Shown: positions 11,501 through 22,104 of the stretch, piece after piece | Numbering within the stretch: position 1 is the stretch's first letter | How the letters are laid out: each line of letters starts with the position of its first letter | Origin: Paraspadella gotoi | Lineage: Eukaryota; Animalia; Chaetognatha | Assembly (NCBI GenBank): GCA_051294375.1 | Contig: CM119263.1 | Location: 30,192,224-30,256,223 of the forward strand | Length of the DNA: 64,000 nucleotides | Direction: 5' to 3' | The notes under the pieces: model-generated | Told to the model about the DNA's origin: nothing | What the model saw: the letters and a program-made list of their open reading frames with translations, nothing else | The model's database searches: none | Made by a program: the position numbers and the translations under genes

Positions 11501-12153
11501 CAACTTTGGCATCGGATCTGGACGTAAGCTCGTATGATCTACATCATCCCTACTTTGCTTTGAATCCCGACAATAAATCTGATCTGATTTCCCTGCAAAG
11601 GAAGAACGCGGGTCGACCGGGAAAATTCAAAGACTCGCTCGACTCGGACGAAATTTTAGCGCAATTCGTCGGCCTCAGGCCTAAAGTTTTCTCTTACTTG
11701 ATTTACAACACGAGGACGGGAGTTTTTAGAGAAAGGGAGACGCCCAAATTTAAAAGGAATGACCTTCACTTCAACTATGCCATTTCAACCAAGAATCAGT
11801 TTGTAAAAACCCCGGATTTAGTGAGCAATCAACATGCGACTTATCTTGGGGAATTAGCCAATCATTGCGCGAGGCACAGCGACACAAAATTATATTGGTT
11901 GAATAGCTTGAAGAGTCTGCCGTTTCATCACAGAGACGTAGGCGAGATAGAGAAATTGATGGAGACACAAATTCCGCGTAGAATCAAAGAAAAAATAATT
12001 CTTGCGTCGATTGAGAGAGATGATGATGATGATGAGGATGATGACAACGACGTTGTCACCTCCAACCAGCCACCTCCATCCCAGACTCCAAACGCTGCTC
12101 CTTGTCAAGACAACCAATCCGGAAATGAATCACCCATTGGTGAAACAGTTTAA
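5527..12153 (+). CDS. Intronless 2208-aa protein derived from a Polinton/adintovirus-type protein-primed family B DNA polymerase; catalytic residues substituted
   Basis: Colinear scaffold motifs: LP.IIAMKRATINV...N.CLVYCIIA, CPKC..HF...H...C zinc finger, FINSRSFL..SLEKM, D..LL.DV..NFR, FGLD, GFLL.VDLEYP, KPVY....MDLAK, GKFKD and FVGLRPKVFSY. An AATAAA lies at ~12277 downstream. Confidence 0.85.
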   Translation: MNVARSPVRKKRRWIEEEEEEEEEETLSNCVFKKESDRVYDPVADVGTGSDENLRKIAKTNRTDIGMDGLIGDDAGQKRETDEWIEHGIKLWNVMNLKCEDGGGGGGRGGCGSGGSASVKNEEIYEEIIDLTTETEDESQIENNWYKIEKYEADNFVTEDQIVDLTGSESEMENEEDDDNEEEMKPETKIQRNSPVKKNVNVEMDTSRITRRINVDMNGISIEEMNPETEIHRNSLVKKNFNVEMDTSRITRRRNVNFNDISDDDDFSSMTRGILQIPNESEMRFIFCIISSIKQFSARTARILCNYEPHLEEIKYNGIRLPVDSLKKIERIEDMNGAFFSLYIYQCKKIDKKEYQLCPYYISKKNNTHEVFLWLVNEQKSQYKVIKCLSIFMRNFFIPKGRRKYYCPKCVSQFNKSVLKDSHQRECRKEFKSIKFFLKPKKKHHIREIHKNIIMGRSSGNSPNDGEIQIDDKMNNKTNDDDKMEDQANKKFDIDIESDENETIESEEQIQDNKKLDNKGEKEETNRNKNIYTDLNNEVMIKAKDRQRRAKHTDESIENSKQCVDVDNRMVENVEGENQMNSNEKHFSNQVEKNLKKENEMENGNNLNELDEEFNSSHDQGNVINQDEESKKENDEIPLKQENEAKSSIGLQPDGDHVFGNSADDFSDIKSTEIKLSNNDQKSSSKDDNSGHLYFNKVIVKEKPDFVLHHYEAALGQICQSYYFIPQQELSDYVELLKKARPLFCDIVSANLKRHKSLKLVIQVKMTFFAEDNKNKNNKTDENYLFNYEPTLAPLTIAYSSNVSKSVNYLFDQIFVKIEEILTLKSDLVYFFTNFLKLNVIQFMSISAGSQAKLPTIIAMKRATINVPDERNMCLVYCIIASIFNISGSSSIRFKSYTPYLSKINFNGIKFPITSIASIKNIEKINDKLFSIYIYAYRLTKKGCEFYPYYVSDINEARHEVYLLLVGEENSHFVVIKSLQRLMKGIASKSTTSKFFCPKCLHHFGKRVLRDSHKATCNKALKNQLTLPPRSTSITFNNHKHLSRNSFFICSQGEASYRITRTGVQCSKPESQTKKYSWVKYRYEEIHCRKCERCTDDLPCGDLMKKSNLFCSLDLSAFAYNIIATHDENISIPLRSYRAQSEHEVNDQVVKQKFLDFLCDDAIFLKDLMKKTPGESMTKEMAEATQCSLCKVKFPLNKSDPLFHKHRKCIYQINSQTESSDIANDKVPSRYTSVCFSCSSSLKERRKTPVYFNQDSVNLCHLVISCAGSFPEYIKRLYIFGEHDEKSKSVSLLLNCVDCRRLKKENMEKDKAVIVSSTKDSTEDQNKSPRLDENEPSLSQETDKVDLDSMTNASDNDDDDYDDNDDEVDASEDDIDGNESDSNKGGKREKCYINNERQKSCASCKKMIGFKFINSRSFLNLSLEKMAESLGSNFSPVTCKECGENMEKQKHCGRCLQKCKATFNQTFQYLSECKEATLFPKNIKKSQLIHDYASQLRHWNERQFPSYKQLYSATDQKSAIEYNEAISLYNRLNCQNIGEFVLHRLRLDATLLTDVMINFRNILFDNFGLDIMGYGNIKDFVYDAAKKVCNLQMDFSPSVEMHEEFLDGIKGRFSNISHKFFASNDEAIPPIPREYAALTDSLISIGERTYKYKHQVPSQQTPGLRSCEKDNTETWSGFFDSCFNRCNLLSLSINDFYSFIMKNYPLPYKDFRYLEGDELKKLSEEFFTQQGKNIQNFGEDGFLLTVDLEYPPEIQEELEAFPLLLEKRKVKREELSLFTKSQLQETDAEPGDAERLIADFKPKTKYQIHFVYLKFVLSKGVRLLKIHSAIAFKQKVLFRDFFKLTFELREKSRTDLFSYSIYETLLDSLLAKLLESEHDKFQYTYVSQRRKAFKFISDYSFLDCAVLSPKSLIVKSFAGKVPMKKPVYLANVIMDLAKCFLVHKVHDSILSAFKIDGTKNCFVFSAESDSVGVACFYDSRIQGNDYFYKKMATLASDLDVSSYDLHHPYFALNPDNKSDLISLQRKNAGRPGKFKDSLDSDEILAQFVGLRPKVFSYLIYNTRTGVFRERETPKFKRNDLHFNYAISTKNQFVKTPDLVSNQHATYLGELANHCARHSDTKLYWLNSLKSLPFHHRDVGEIEKLMETQIPRRIKEKIILASIERDDDDDEDDDNDVVTSNQPPPSQTPNAAPCQDNQSGNESPIGETV
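6070..6312 (+). repeat. 123-bp (41-aa) in-frame tandem duplication, 2 copies
   Basis: EEMKPETKIQRNSPVKKNVNVEMDTSRITRR / EEMNPETEIHRNSLVKKNFNVEMDTSRITRR. Confidence 0.9.
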
Positions 12154-12911
12154 GCAAGCTCTTGAGACAAAAACTCTTGCTCGCCACAGTGTATTTAACT
12201 TTCTATTGCAATGTCAAAAAAGCTTTTTTTTCAAATTTGTTCATTTTTATTAATTTTTATTGCTGAAATTATTAGCAATAAAGATGTATAATTCTCTATG
12301 AACTTTAAGTTTACATAGTAATTTGTTATTTATAAAATTTCTTTTTTTTATCTTTCTAAGTATATAATATTAACCAAGTATTTATTATTTTACCTGAGTA
12401 TTTTTTATTACAGGGGTTTTTTATCATGTGTTATATTGATAATAATTCTTAATAATAACTGTTGATAATCACTGAATATTTTGCAGTCCTAATATTTAGT
12501 GTACCCTGAGTATTGAGAAGATCTTTATGATTTTTTGGCTATTAAGATAGTTACATTATTAATATTGAACATTCCGTTGATTGTTAACCATGTTTTTTAT
12601 GTTTTACATTAAAACATTCTAAAGAATAACATGGATGAAATTAAATACTTTTGTTTTTTTGGAGATTTCGTCGAGTCGCGATTTCGTTGGCCAGTCAGTT
12701 TAGTGGTCTTCGCCGCAGTAGTTAGTAAATGAAAAGAAATATGTAGTTATTATTTATAGAAATTGGTTAAAATTATATATAAAGCTAAATAATTTTTCTA
12801 TTAACTATTGAAATATAATCTTTATGAATATTATATTATGAATGACCACTCATTAACTTGTTCGATTTAGCAGAGCAGATAAGAACCAAGAATCTGAGAA
12901 CTCTCTTAGTA

Positions 12912-12984
12912 GCCCGGTTAGCTCAGTCGGTAGAGCACAGGACTCTTAATCCTGGGGTCGTGGGTTCGAGCCCCACATTGGGCG
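12912..12984 (+). tRNA. tRNA-Lys (CTT)
   Basis: GCCCGGTTAGCTCAGTCGGTAGAGC...CAGGA-CT-CTT-AA-TCCTG...GGTTCGAGCCCCACATTGGGCG, followed by an oligo-T terminator. Confidence 0.97.
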
Positions 12985-13497
12985 AGTTTTTTACCTTAGA
13001 TTAAGCTGCTTGTTTTCGTCATTATAATTTTATATATTTTGGTTAACTTTCTGGTCTAAAAGCTCAGAAAGTTTTTTTTAGTTTTGCTACATTTTTCTGA
13101 ATAAAAATTATAATCATCAATTTGTTATTGTAACTAACAATGCTGCTTGGAGTACCGTTTTAATTTTCCTACTTTTTTTAATAATTTCCAGTTAAAATTT
13201 TAATGGATTTTTCTTACACTTAATATTATTTCGTTTTAATTCACTTTTAATCATTTTTTGTTTGTATTCTCTCTTTCTTTCTTTATTCTTTTCTTCATAT
13301 CATGCCCTTCTGTAACACTTTTTCTTCCTTTCCCAAATTATTTATTTTCAATTATCATTATTATTATTATTAGCATTGTTATTATTGTCATTATATTTTT
13401 ATTTTCAAGGAAGAGAGGCATCAACGAGTTGATCCAACATTTCTCAAATAAAACAGTGTGAATAAAATCGGTGACGTCATCGATGCGACTCTCAAAC

Positions 13498-16074
13498 TCA
13501 TTCCCCGCATTTTTTGTTCGTCCAATATTCCCACATATCATCGTACCACGACGGTACGAGCGTCTCATTGTTCAAGGCCGCGCAGAGTTTACAGAACTTG
13601 TTCTGAGAACCGTCCTTGCCCAACCGGATCCTGTAATCCTTTCGCCATCGACGATATCGTTCGTACAGCGTCGCGTTCTTGTCCAGCAGCCGCACGTACG
13701 CTGCGAGTTGCTGCGGCGTAAACTTTCGTGCGTCGATGAAAGAATCTGGGGGAGCGTCGGCGTCGTAATCTCCGCCGCCGTAGACGATCGGGACGAGATC
13801 CGTGTACATCAAGATCTTCCACAGTTTCTCAGTGATGTAGTCGCGACAAAGTGAGTTTTCAAAGGACAAATAAAACTTGTACTTTTTCGAGATCATTTCG
13901 TAGCAATCCTTTTCTACAGATCGCGAGCACCGCAGAGGACCGCAGGCGCCGTAGACGTCTACAGCAACGTATCTTTGAAGGCGCCGCACGTAATCTTCGC
14001 GTTGACTGCTCGTCTGACAATGAGACACCATCCAAACGATCGATGGCCCGCCACTCGTTCGTGCCCGGCGGGGCGAAGACTGACGGTCGTCGAGGCTCCT
14101 ACGTTCCGTCAGTCCGTACGGGCCGGGAAAGTCGCTGTCCTTTCTGTACGTCATAGTCCAGTTGAACCAACCGTTCAAGATTCGGGTGTCCAGACCAGCG
14201 TACGGAGGGGGCTCATAGAGGAAGAACACCCATCGCTGATGAGCCGGCTTGGCTCGGGGCATGTCGTAGCCAGGGACCAGGGAATTCGTCGCCGATTTTC
14301 TTACTGATGGAAAGATACTAAAATTATATTATTTAATATTTTTTTTAAATATGAATTACGTCCCTTAGAAAAATTAACACTATTACCCGATTTCTGTTCC
14401 TAATGACTGATCTTAATTCAAACCTTAATATTTAACTCTAATATTTTACTAAATGCTTAAGAAAAAGGGTCATTCAAATCAACTTCAAAATAGGCAGATT
14501 CAAAATAGTACAGATTCAGAAAGCTGAGCTCCTGGCGATTCCGAAAATGTATTCACTTTAAACATTTGATGCATTCTATGCCATTTTATATCGGTTTTAA
14601 TTATAAAATAAAAGAAATCTATCTGAAGAAAAAACTAAAAAAAAACGAAAAAGCCAATCTATATGATATTTTTTATGAATTTTTTATTACTGAATTAGAA
14701 AAATGTAATAGAGAGACATTTTTAAATTTCAACTTGTATCCTTGAAAATGAAACGTTTTTAAACTTTTTAAACTTCCTAACTTGAATGTCTCTCTATTAC
14801 ATTTTTACAAATGTTTTTAAGATTGCTAATCTTTATAAATATTCACACTATTCCTTTAGATTGCTAATCAAATTTTTAAATCAATATTATTGCAGTAGTT
14901 TGGCCTGGAAATCTTCAAATTCAGTGTAGATTCATTGTAGCTCAAATTTCTTTACCATCTATTTAACTGAAGATTTTGTTCATGACTTGAAAACCAACAG
15001 AGTAACAAGATTAATTGTTTAATTCTCCCCTTCAAAATTTCCCTTAACCGTGTTTTAACTTCTTACCTAGAATTTTTTAACAACCAGATTGAAAAACAAA
15101 TCTTTAAAAAATGTGCTTACCCATTTAACTTGACAATTTTGTTATTTACCGATTTAAAAAAAAATAATTGAAAACAGAATGTTTACATATAAATAAAAAC
15201 TTATTTTTTTGTAATTACTGATGACTATAATGTATTTCTCGATGTATTAGCTCTAATACATCCATGATTACACATTGTAATGGTGAATGACCCTTCCTCT
15301 TAACCTAAATTTTAAATCTAATCCAGAACCAATTCCCTAACCTTATTCCTTAATATTTAACCTTAATCCCTAAACCAAATCCCTAACCTTAATCCTTAAT
15401 ATTTAACCTTAATCCCTAAACCAAATCCCTAACCTTATTCCCTAATCCAGAACCCAATTTCTCATCAGATAATTATCCTACCCCCAAAACCCCAAATCTT
15501 AATTCAGACCCTAACCCTTAATTCTAAATTCAATCTGAAATAAGGTTTTGGAAAATATGGCCTAAAAGTTATTTAAAATAGTAGTTGAAAAACCTTATGT
15601 ACAGACAGAATGACAAACAAACAGACTGAAAGTTAGACAGAAAGACCGACAATAACCCCCCCCTTCATTACCGATGTTCCGTATGTGAAAGACCACGGCG
15701 TCAGCCTCCATCAACCGACTTCTGTCAGTCGTCGTTTCACAATTTGTCTCCAAGCAACGATGATCCACAAAAGGTTGAGATCCTTGTCCGAACCCGTAGT
15801 ATCGATTCTGATAAAAGGGGACCCAAAAGAGAATGACCCTTTTTTGTCGACCTCTCCGCGTCGTCTCGTGGACTTCTTTGTCGGTCTGTCGGCTCGTCGG
15901 TCGACGGATGAGGATCGAGGAGACGCTGGAGCCGATCCGGTCCACAATGATCCCTCCGTTTCTAGCGACGACGACGTTGTATAAGATGCAAACGGTCGTC
16001 AAGGAAACGAAGAGGATGAGAAAGAATTTTTTGTCCTTAAATTGGGAGAAAACTGTTTCTTCGTTGGGCATCAT
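13498..16074 (-). CDS. Alpha-1,3/4-fucosyltransferase (GT10), type II membrane protein, 2 coding exons
   Basis: Exons 16074-15672 and 14303-13498 join in phase 1. N-terminal TM FFLILFVSLTTVCILYNVVV; motifs ADAVVFH, QRWVFFLYEPP, FNWTMTYRKDSD and YKFYLSFENSLCRDYITEKLW. Confidence 0.95.
14457..15072 (+). repeat. Left arm of ~600-bp inverted repeat (probable non-autonomous TE copy)
   Basis: Reverse complement of 16155-16789, from taagaaaaagggtcattcaaatc to ttttaac.tcttacctagaa. Confidence 0.88.
15300..15530. repeat. Degenerate telomere-like (CCCTAA) tract
   Basis: Runs of cctaacc/ccctaa/ccttaa variants. Similar tracts occur at ~17685-17855 (G-strand), ~22295-22405 and ~47400-47465. Confidence 0.6.
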
Positions 16075-16154
16075 TTTATGTTCATCAGTTGTGTTTTTGT
16101 TTTGTTTTTGTTTTGGTTGAATTTTGTTTTAATATTATTTGTTCTTTGGTTTTT

Positions 16155-16789
16155 TTCTAGGTAAGAGGTTAAAACAAGGTAAAGGAAAATTTAGAAGGGA
16201 ATAATTAAACAATTAATCTTGTTACTCTGTTTTTTTGGGTTTTTTTTGTTTGTTTGTTTTTTTTTGTTACTCTGTTGGTTTTCCAGTCATGAACAAAATC
16301 ATCAGTTAAATAGATGGTAAAGAAATTCAAGCAACAATGAATCTACACTGAATTTGAAGAGTTGCAGCTTAAATGACTGCAATAATATTGATTTAAAAAT
16401 TTGATTAGCAATCTTAAAAACATTTGTAAAAATGTAATAGAAAGACATTTTGATAAACGCGTTCCAGCTAGGAAGAATTCAGGTTTAAAGTTTAAAAATG
16501 TTTAATTTTCAAGTTGAAATTTAAAAATTTCTCTTTATTACATTTTTCGAATTCACTAATAAAAAATTCATAAAAAACATCAGATGGATTGGCTTTTTCA
16601 TTTGACCTGCAACTCTTCAGATAGGTTTCTTTTATTTTATATTATAATTAAAACCGATATAAAATGGTGTAGAATGCATCAAATGTTTAAAGTGAATACA
16701 TTTTCGAAATCGCCAGGAGCTCAGCTTTTTGAATCTGTACTATCTATTTTGGCCTATTTTGAAGTTGATTTGAATGACCCTTTTTCTTA
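16155..16789 (-). repeat. Right arm of ~600-bp inverted repeat
   Basis: Reverse complement of 14457-15072, with scattered substitutions and indels. Confidence 0.88.
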
Positions 16790-17340
16790 CTTAATGAGTG
16801 ATGAGAAATGAGAAACGAATGAGAAAAGATTAAAAAGAAATTAATTTAAGTGAAGTCGACGCGCCTGTCGTTCACACGAGACTTGGTTTTGTTTTGTATC
16901 ACGGTTGTTTTTATTTTTTGTTTTCTTTTTTTTTTTTTTTGACTTGATCTAAGACACGAGACTGAGAAAATAAAAGGAAATAGAATTTTTATAAAATTTC
17001 TTTTTTCACAAAAATAATTCATTATTTTTTTAAATTTGTCATTTAAAAAAATAAATCAATAAAAATCTTATATTGTAGTATGGTAATAATAATAACATTT
17101 AAGGAAAAACTCATGCAATGATAATAATGATGATGATAAATACAAATTATCAATCACGAAAAACGTTTCAGTTTTTTTTAGTTACTTTTTTTTGACAAAA
17201 TCGGTTCGTTTGTCATTTGAACTCTTCCTATAATATTTCTCATTTATGCTTCAACCGTCAATTTCATCAATTAGATTAAACGGGTTTCACTGCCCGCCAG
17301 TTTACAGTTATAATCTTCTATTTGTGACTGTGCTCGCTCG

Positions 17341-17384
<44 letters not shown>

Positions 17385-18228
17385 CTCTTCATTGTTTATA
17401 AATGGATTAAAAGTGTTACTCTGAAATCACGTTTCCCCGAGTTTCCGCCAGGAAAAATCTGGACTTTGGTCAACGTCCAGGTACAACCGAAAGTGGAGAT
17501 ATTGATTTTCTTTTACTTAACATTGACATAAGCAATTAAGCAATTGAGTTGTTGAAAGATCAAGACTGGGCCTTATTTTCACAGAACTCCCAATTTTATC
17601 TTAAATTCGGTATTTAGTTATTTTTTTATATTTAAAGTTTAAATAAAAGTTAAGATTATGATTATGTTAAGAATTAATTAAAGGAATAGGGTTAGGGACT
17701 TGGTTAATAAATAGGGTTAGGGATTACGGTTATAGCAAATTTAAGCATTAAGGGTTAGAGTTAGAGATTAGGGTTTAAGATTTAGGGTTAGGGTTAAAGA
17801 TTAGGTTATGGGAGGTTAAGGATTAACAATTAAAAGTAAAGATTAGGTATAAGTTTAGTAATTATTTATGGTTTATTTATAAATTTAGGTTTAAGGATAA
17901 AGGAACTGAATTTGAGAGCCATTTTAAGATGAAGAAATTAATAAATATTTTCACGTTTAATTCGAGTGTTAGTTTTTTTGCTCAAATTTCTTTTTTAAAA
18001 GAATGCTGGTTAGATTTATTCAAGGCATAATTAGTTTTCAAGCATTTTCATCTTCAAAAATTTCCCTTTTGACATCGAATAAAAAATTTTTACTTTTTAG
18101 ATTTTAGAAAGTTTACATCTAAATTTTAAGAGAAAAAAAATCGAATTGAAAGTTAAGCATCGAGAAGCATCGAGCATCGAGAAAACAATAAAAATATTGA
18201 TATTTCAATTTTCGAAAGCAAGATAATT

Positions 18229-18308
<80 letters not shown>

Positions 18309-18452
18309 GGGGAGGTTTCCCGTCACCAGCGCGAGCTGATATTTTAAAGTTACAAGTTTCAGCATTCGTCATTTACCCCCTCTCTCTCTCTCTCTCTCTC
18401 TCTCCCTCTCCTCTCTCTCTCTCTCTCTCTCTCCCCCTCTCTCTCTCTCTCT

Positions 18453-18514
<62 letters not shown>

Positions 18515-18879
18515 GTGTTTACTCTTTAATCTACGAGACGATGGCAAGGTTTTATATATAATTAGAATCTATCGTGTGTAGACAATAAAAATTATATTTA
18601 AACATTCATTCGTCAAAATATTTATAAAAACTAAGATTAAACGACTTTTTCTTATTTGACATCTTCCGCCAACTATCAATCAATTTTCTTGAGAATAAAA
18701 AAATATTATATTTTTATATATATATTCATATTGGTTGTACCAATTTCAAATATATATCTGGTTTTCAAGGAATTCTCTCGGTGGTTCTTCTTATTTTTAT
18801 TTGTAAACTTCAATAATCCTTAAATATATAATCATTGCTACTTTTTTCTTTTCTTTGCGACTCGTTCTATTCTTCTTAA

Positions 18880-20201
18880 GGCCTGGGAATCATTCAAACA
18901 AGAATTGCATAAAGCTTGTACAAATCTATTATTATGTCAAAGAAAGTGTATTCCCTTCACGTTTCAAAAAGAAAACTCATAAATTTGATTAAAGGTTCAG
19001 CTTCAAGAAGCAACTAAAAATCGGGCATTTTTTTATCAGTAAACTAAAAATTTTATCCACACGTAAAGTCCATTTTTAAACGCAATTTCTTTAATTTTTT
19101 TTTTCAATTAACAAGCACCTACCTCAAGTGTAATATAACTAACTAAAAACCAAGTCATTCCAATTATGTTATAAGAATCAATTAATGGATGAAAACATAA
19201 ACGTTTATGTAGAGAGAGAGCCAGAACGCTTTTATATAAGGATGTCTAATTATCATTTTTAAATGAACAAAAAAGAAATGATTAAAAATTATAAAATTTG
19301 TAAAATTTCAAAGACTTCTCCACTGGCAGATCTGAAGTTGGGTCCACTTTGGATAACAACCCAATGTGCTAAGACTGTGCACAGATCCCACAGACGGACC
19401 CAGCTCATGCTCTGCTTATGACATTTAGTTCTGTTCCCCATGTTCAATAACTGCGTCAAAGCTTGACCGAAGACTGGAAAGAAAAAATAAATAAACACTT
19501 TGCAGCATTCCTCCTGTTTTACTGACTGCGTTCCTCCCCAGCCACAGCCATTTGTTAATAAAAAAAAAAAAATTGGACAAAAATTTGGATAAAACTTTAA
19601 AGATCGGTAAAGCCATCAATTTAAACTAGAAATGAAAATAGATTGGAAAAGCGATCGATTTTAAAGTTTTTTTGCTCGACTTTAGTTCTGTAAAATCTAA
19701 CAGAAAAAAAAATAAAAATAAAAAATAAATAAACAAAAAGAGTTTGAGCTAAAAACCGTTTTGAAATAAAAATAACAAAAATTATTTTTTATAAGTATGG
19801 AAAGGTGGGAAGAAATCTATGAGAGGGATTTTGGGAAATGTTACTAAGTTTTCAAGAATATTTAGAAATTTAATCTAAATTTTTTTTATTTCTTTTTTTT
19901 TTCTTAATGAAGATAAAGTGAATTTGAAAAAATCCCTGTTTCTCATAGAAATTGGGACCCTAGTCCTCAAGTAAGATTTATGTAAAATTTAATGAAAAAT
20001 CCGCTAGACCGTTTGGCCGCCACACTCTTCCGAAAGGTTTCTTTTATTTCTATATAGTATTATAAAATTCAAAAAAACAGCACATGGATTCGAAGAGAAA
20101 GATAAAGTGAAATAACTCTTCAGATCACTGGACCTCTACTTTCCGAATACAAGCTTTATTTAAAATCCTAATTAATAACTTTTGGCCATGATGGCCCAGC
20201 C
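18880..20201. mobile_element. Possible non-autonomous DNA transposon with TTAA target duplication (Kolobok/piggyBac-like)
   Basis: TTAA|GGCCTGGGAATCAT ... ATGATGGCCCAGCC|TTAA: short imperfect TIRs and no coding capacity. Confidence 0.4.
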
Positions 20202-21237
20202 TTAAATCATTTCTTAGCATATTCTATTTCCAATTTAGTTTAAATTCTTTTTTTAATCTCAAATCATTTTATCTCTTCTTTTAGTAATATTATTTAATAC
20301 GTATATATTTTTTCCCAAATCTTTTCCTTTTTTACATAACATTGAAAACAATTACACATTGAAAATAAATTATTGAGTAATTGAGTAATTATTTTAAGTA
20401 AACGAACTGTTCAAGTAGAGATAAACGGAAAAGGGAATAGAATCATTAAGTGACAAAAATACTATATCAGTCTAATTGTACCAAAAATTTATAACAAAAG
20501 ACAATTAAAAAATAAAGAGACCCTGAAAGAAACACCATTAGACACAAAACAAGATCCTAACAAGTACATTAAATGCATTTAAAGACGGAAAAGTATCCAA
20601 AACATTCTAACAGAATGAAAAAATAAAAAAAGCACCCTACTAAAAATTCTAACAGTAATAATAATAAATGAATAACAACGCTTTCTGTTTCAATTCTATA
20701 CATGCACCCCATCTTCATCTTTGATCTTCATCTTTCTTAAAAAAATGGCCTCGCTTTGTCCTTTTGTTTCCCCGGATTCTCACCTTTTTCTCTCATCAGC
20801 GCCACCTACTTATCCTCGACGCTGCTTAAATAACTACCTAAAACTCAGAGTTGAAGTTTAAAAATGTTTAAAAAAATCAATGTTTAAAAATATTATTCAA
20901 TACGGTAAGAGAACAAAGACAAAAAACTAACTAGCAAATATAAATTTAGCAATCGACGTTCAACATCACTAAGTATAGCAAATAATTAGACACTCCATGT
21001 TTCTATTTCTAAATGTACATTTAATAAAACCTCCTAAAATAAGACCTCATTATTCAATACAAAATTACTTAAAATCAATTAAACTTCGGTTTTCCATGAC
21101 GAGACTGTAGAGATTACATTCTTCATCTTTCGCCTTTGAAGTTCACGAACTCAACCAAAGGATATCTTTGCACTCCGCAGTATTGTACTCCTTGCTCTTA
21201 TTTAAAACTGTTTAAAGAAACAAGAGATAATGTCGTT

Positions 21238-21310
21238 GCCCGGTTAGCTCAGTCGGTAGAGCACAGGACTCTTAATCCTGGGGTCGTGGGTTCGAGCCCC
21301 ACATTGGGCG
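21238..21310 (+). tRNA. tRNA-Lys (CTT)
   Basis: Identical to the copy at 12912-12984; oligo-T follows. Confidence 0.97.
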
Positions 21311-22104
21311 AATACTTTTTTTTCTTCATTTAGTTTTTTTTGTGACTGAATAGCGGTGAGAGGGCGCGGAGGAAGTTTTTGAAGAGAGAGAGAGAGGTGA
21401 TTGAAAAGAGAGGGTGTGGTGATTAAAAAAAGAGAGTGAGGTGAATGCAAATAGCGAGTGAGTAGATTAGAAAAAGGAGGGTGGTAAGATGAAAAATTTA
21501 AAGAGAGAGAGTGAGGTGATTGCAAGTAGAGGGTGTTGTGATTAAAGAGAGAGAGTTAGTTTATTTAAAACAGGGTGTGGGGATAAAAGATAAAGTGCGG
21601 TGACTTTGTAGAGAAAAAGAGTGATATGATTAAAAAGACAGGGTAAAGAGTAATAAGAGACATGGCGATTGCTTGATCAATTGATTGGTCAATTGATTGG
21701 TTAATAGGGGGTCAATAGGTCAATATTCAATTGATTAAAATTAAAATTTGTCCCGGTCACAACCTTTTAAGTCCATGTTCCATTTGCCCCACGCTGCTGA
21801 CCTGGTGCATCTAAGGAAAAAGCGACGACGACGACGACGACGACGACGACGGACCACCGAAGCTTTTATTGGCGTTCGAACGACGACGCGAAAAACGACG
21901 ACGACGACGACGACGAAACCAAAGCTTCTATTGTCGTTCGAAACGACGACGACGACGACGATGAGAACGACGACGGAAACGCGGTGCATTTAAACTTGCA
22001 ATCGACGAACATCCTGTTGCCAAACACTCACCGGCACCAAACACATTTCCACTTTTAAAAATAACAAAAAACTTTATTTTTAAAAAAATTAACCGGCAAA
22101 CGCA

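Noticed and set aside
5527-12153. Intact Polinton/Maverick or endogenous virus
   Set aside because: No TIRs, integrase, capsid, protease or ATPase ORFs flank the gene, and the catalytic motifs are substituted.
13458-14307. Plus-strand ORFs over the fucosyltransferase
   Set aside because: Antisense shadows of a GC-rich exon with no motifs.
14457-15072. Helitron identity for the inverted-repeat arms (CTAG end)
   Set aside because: No 5' TC, no subterminal GC hairpin and no A|T insertion site.
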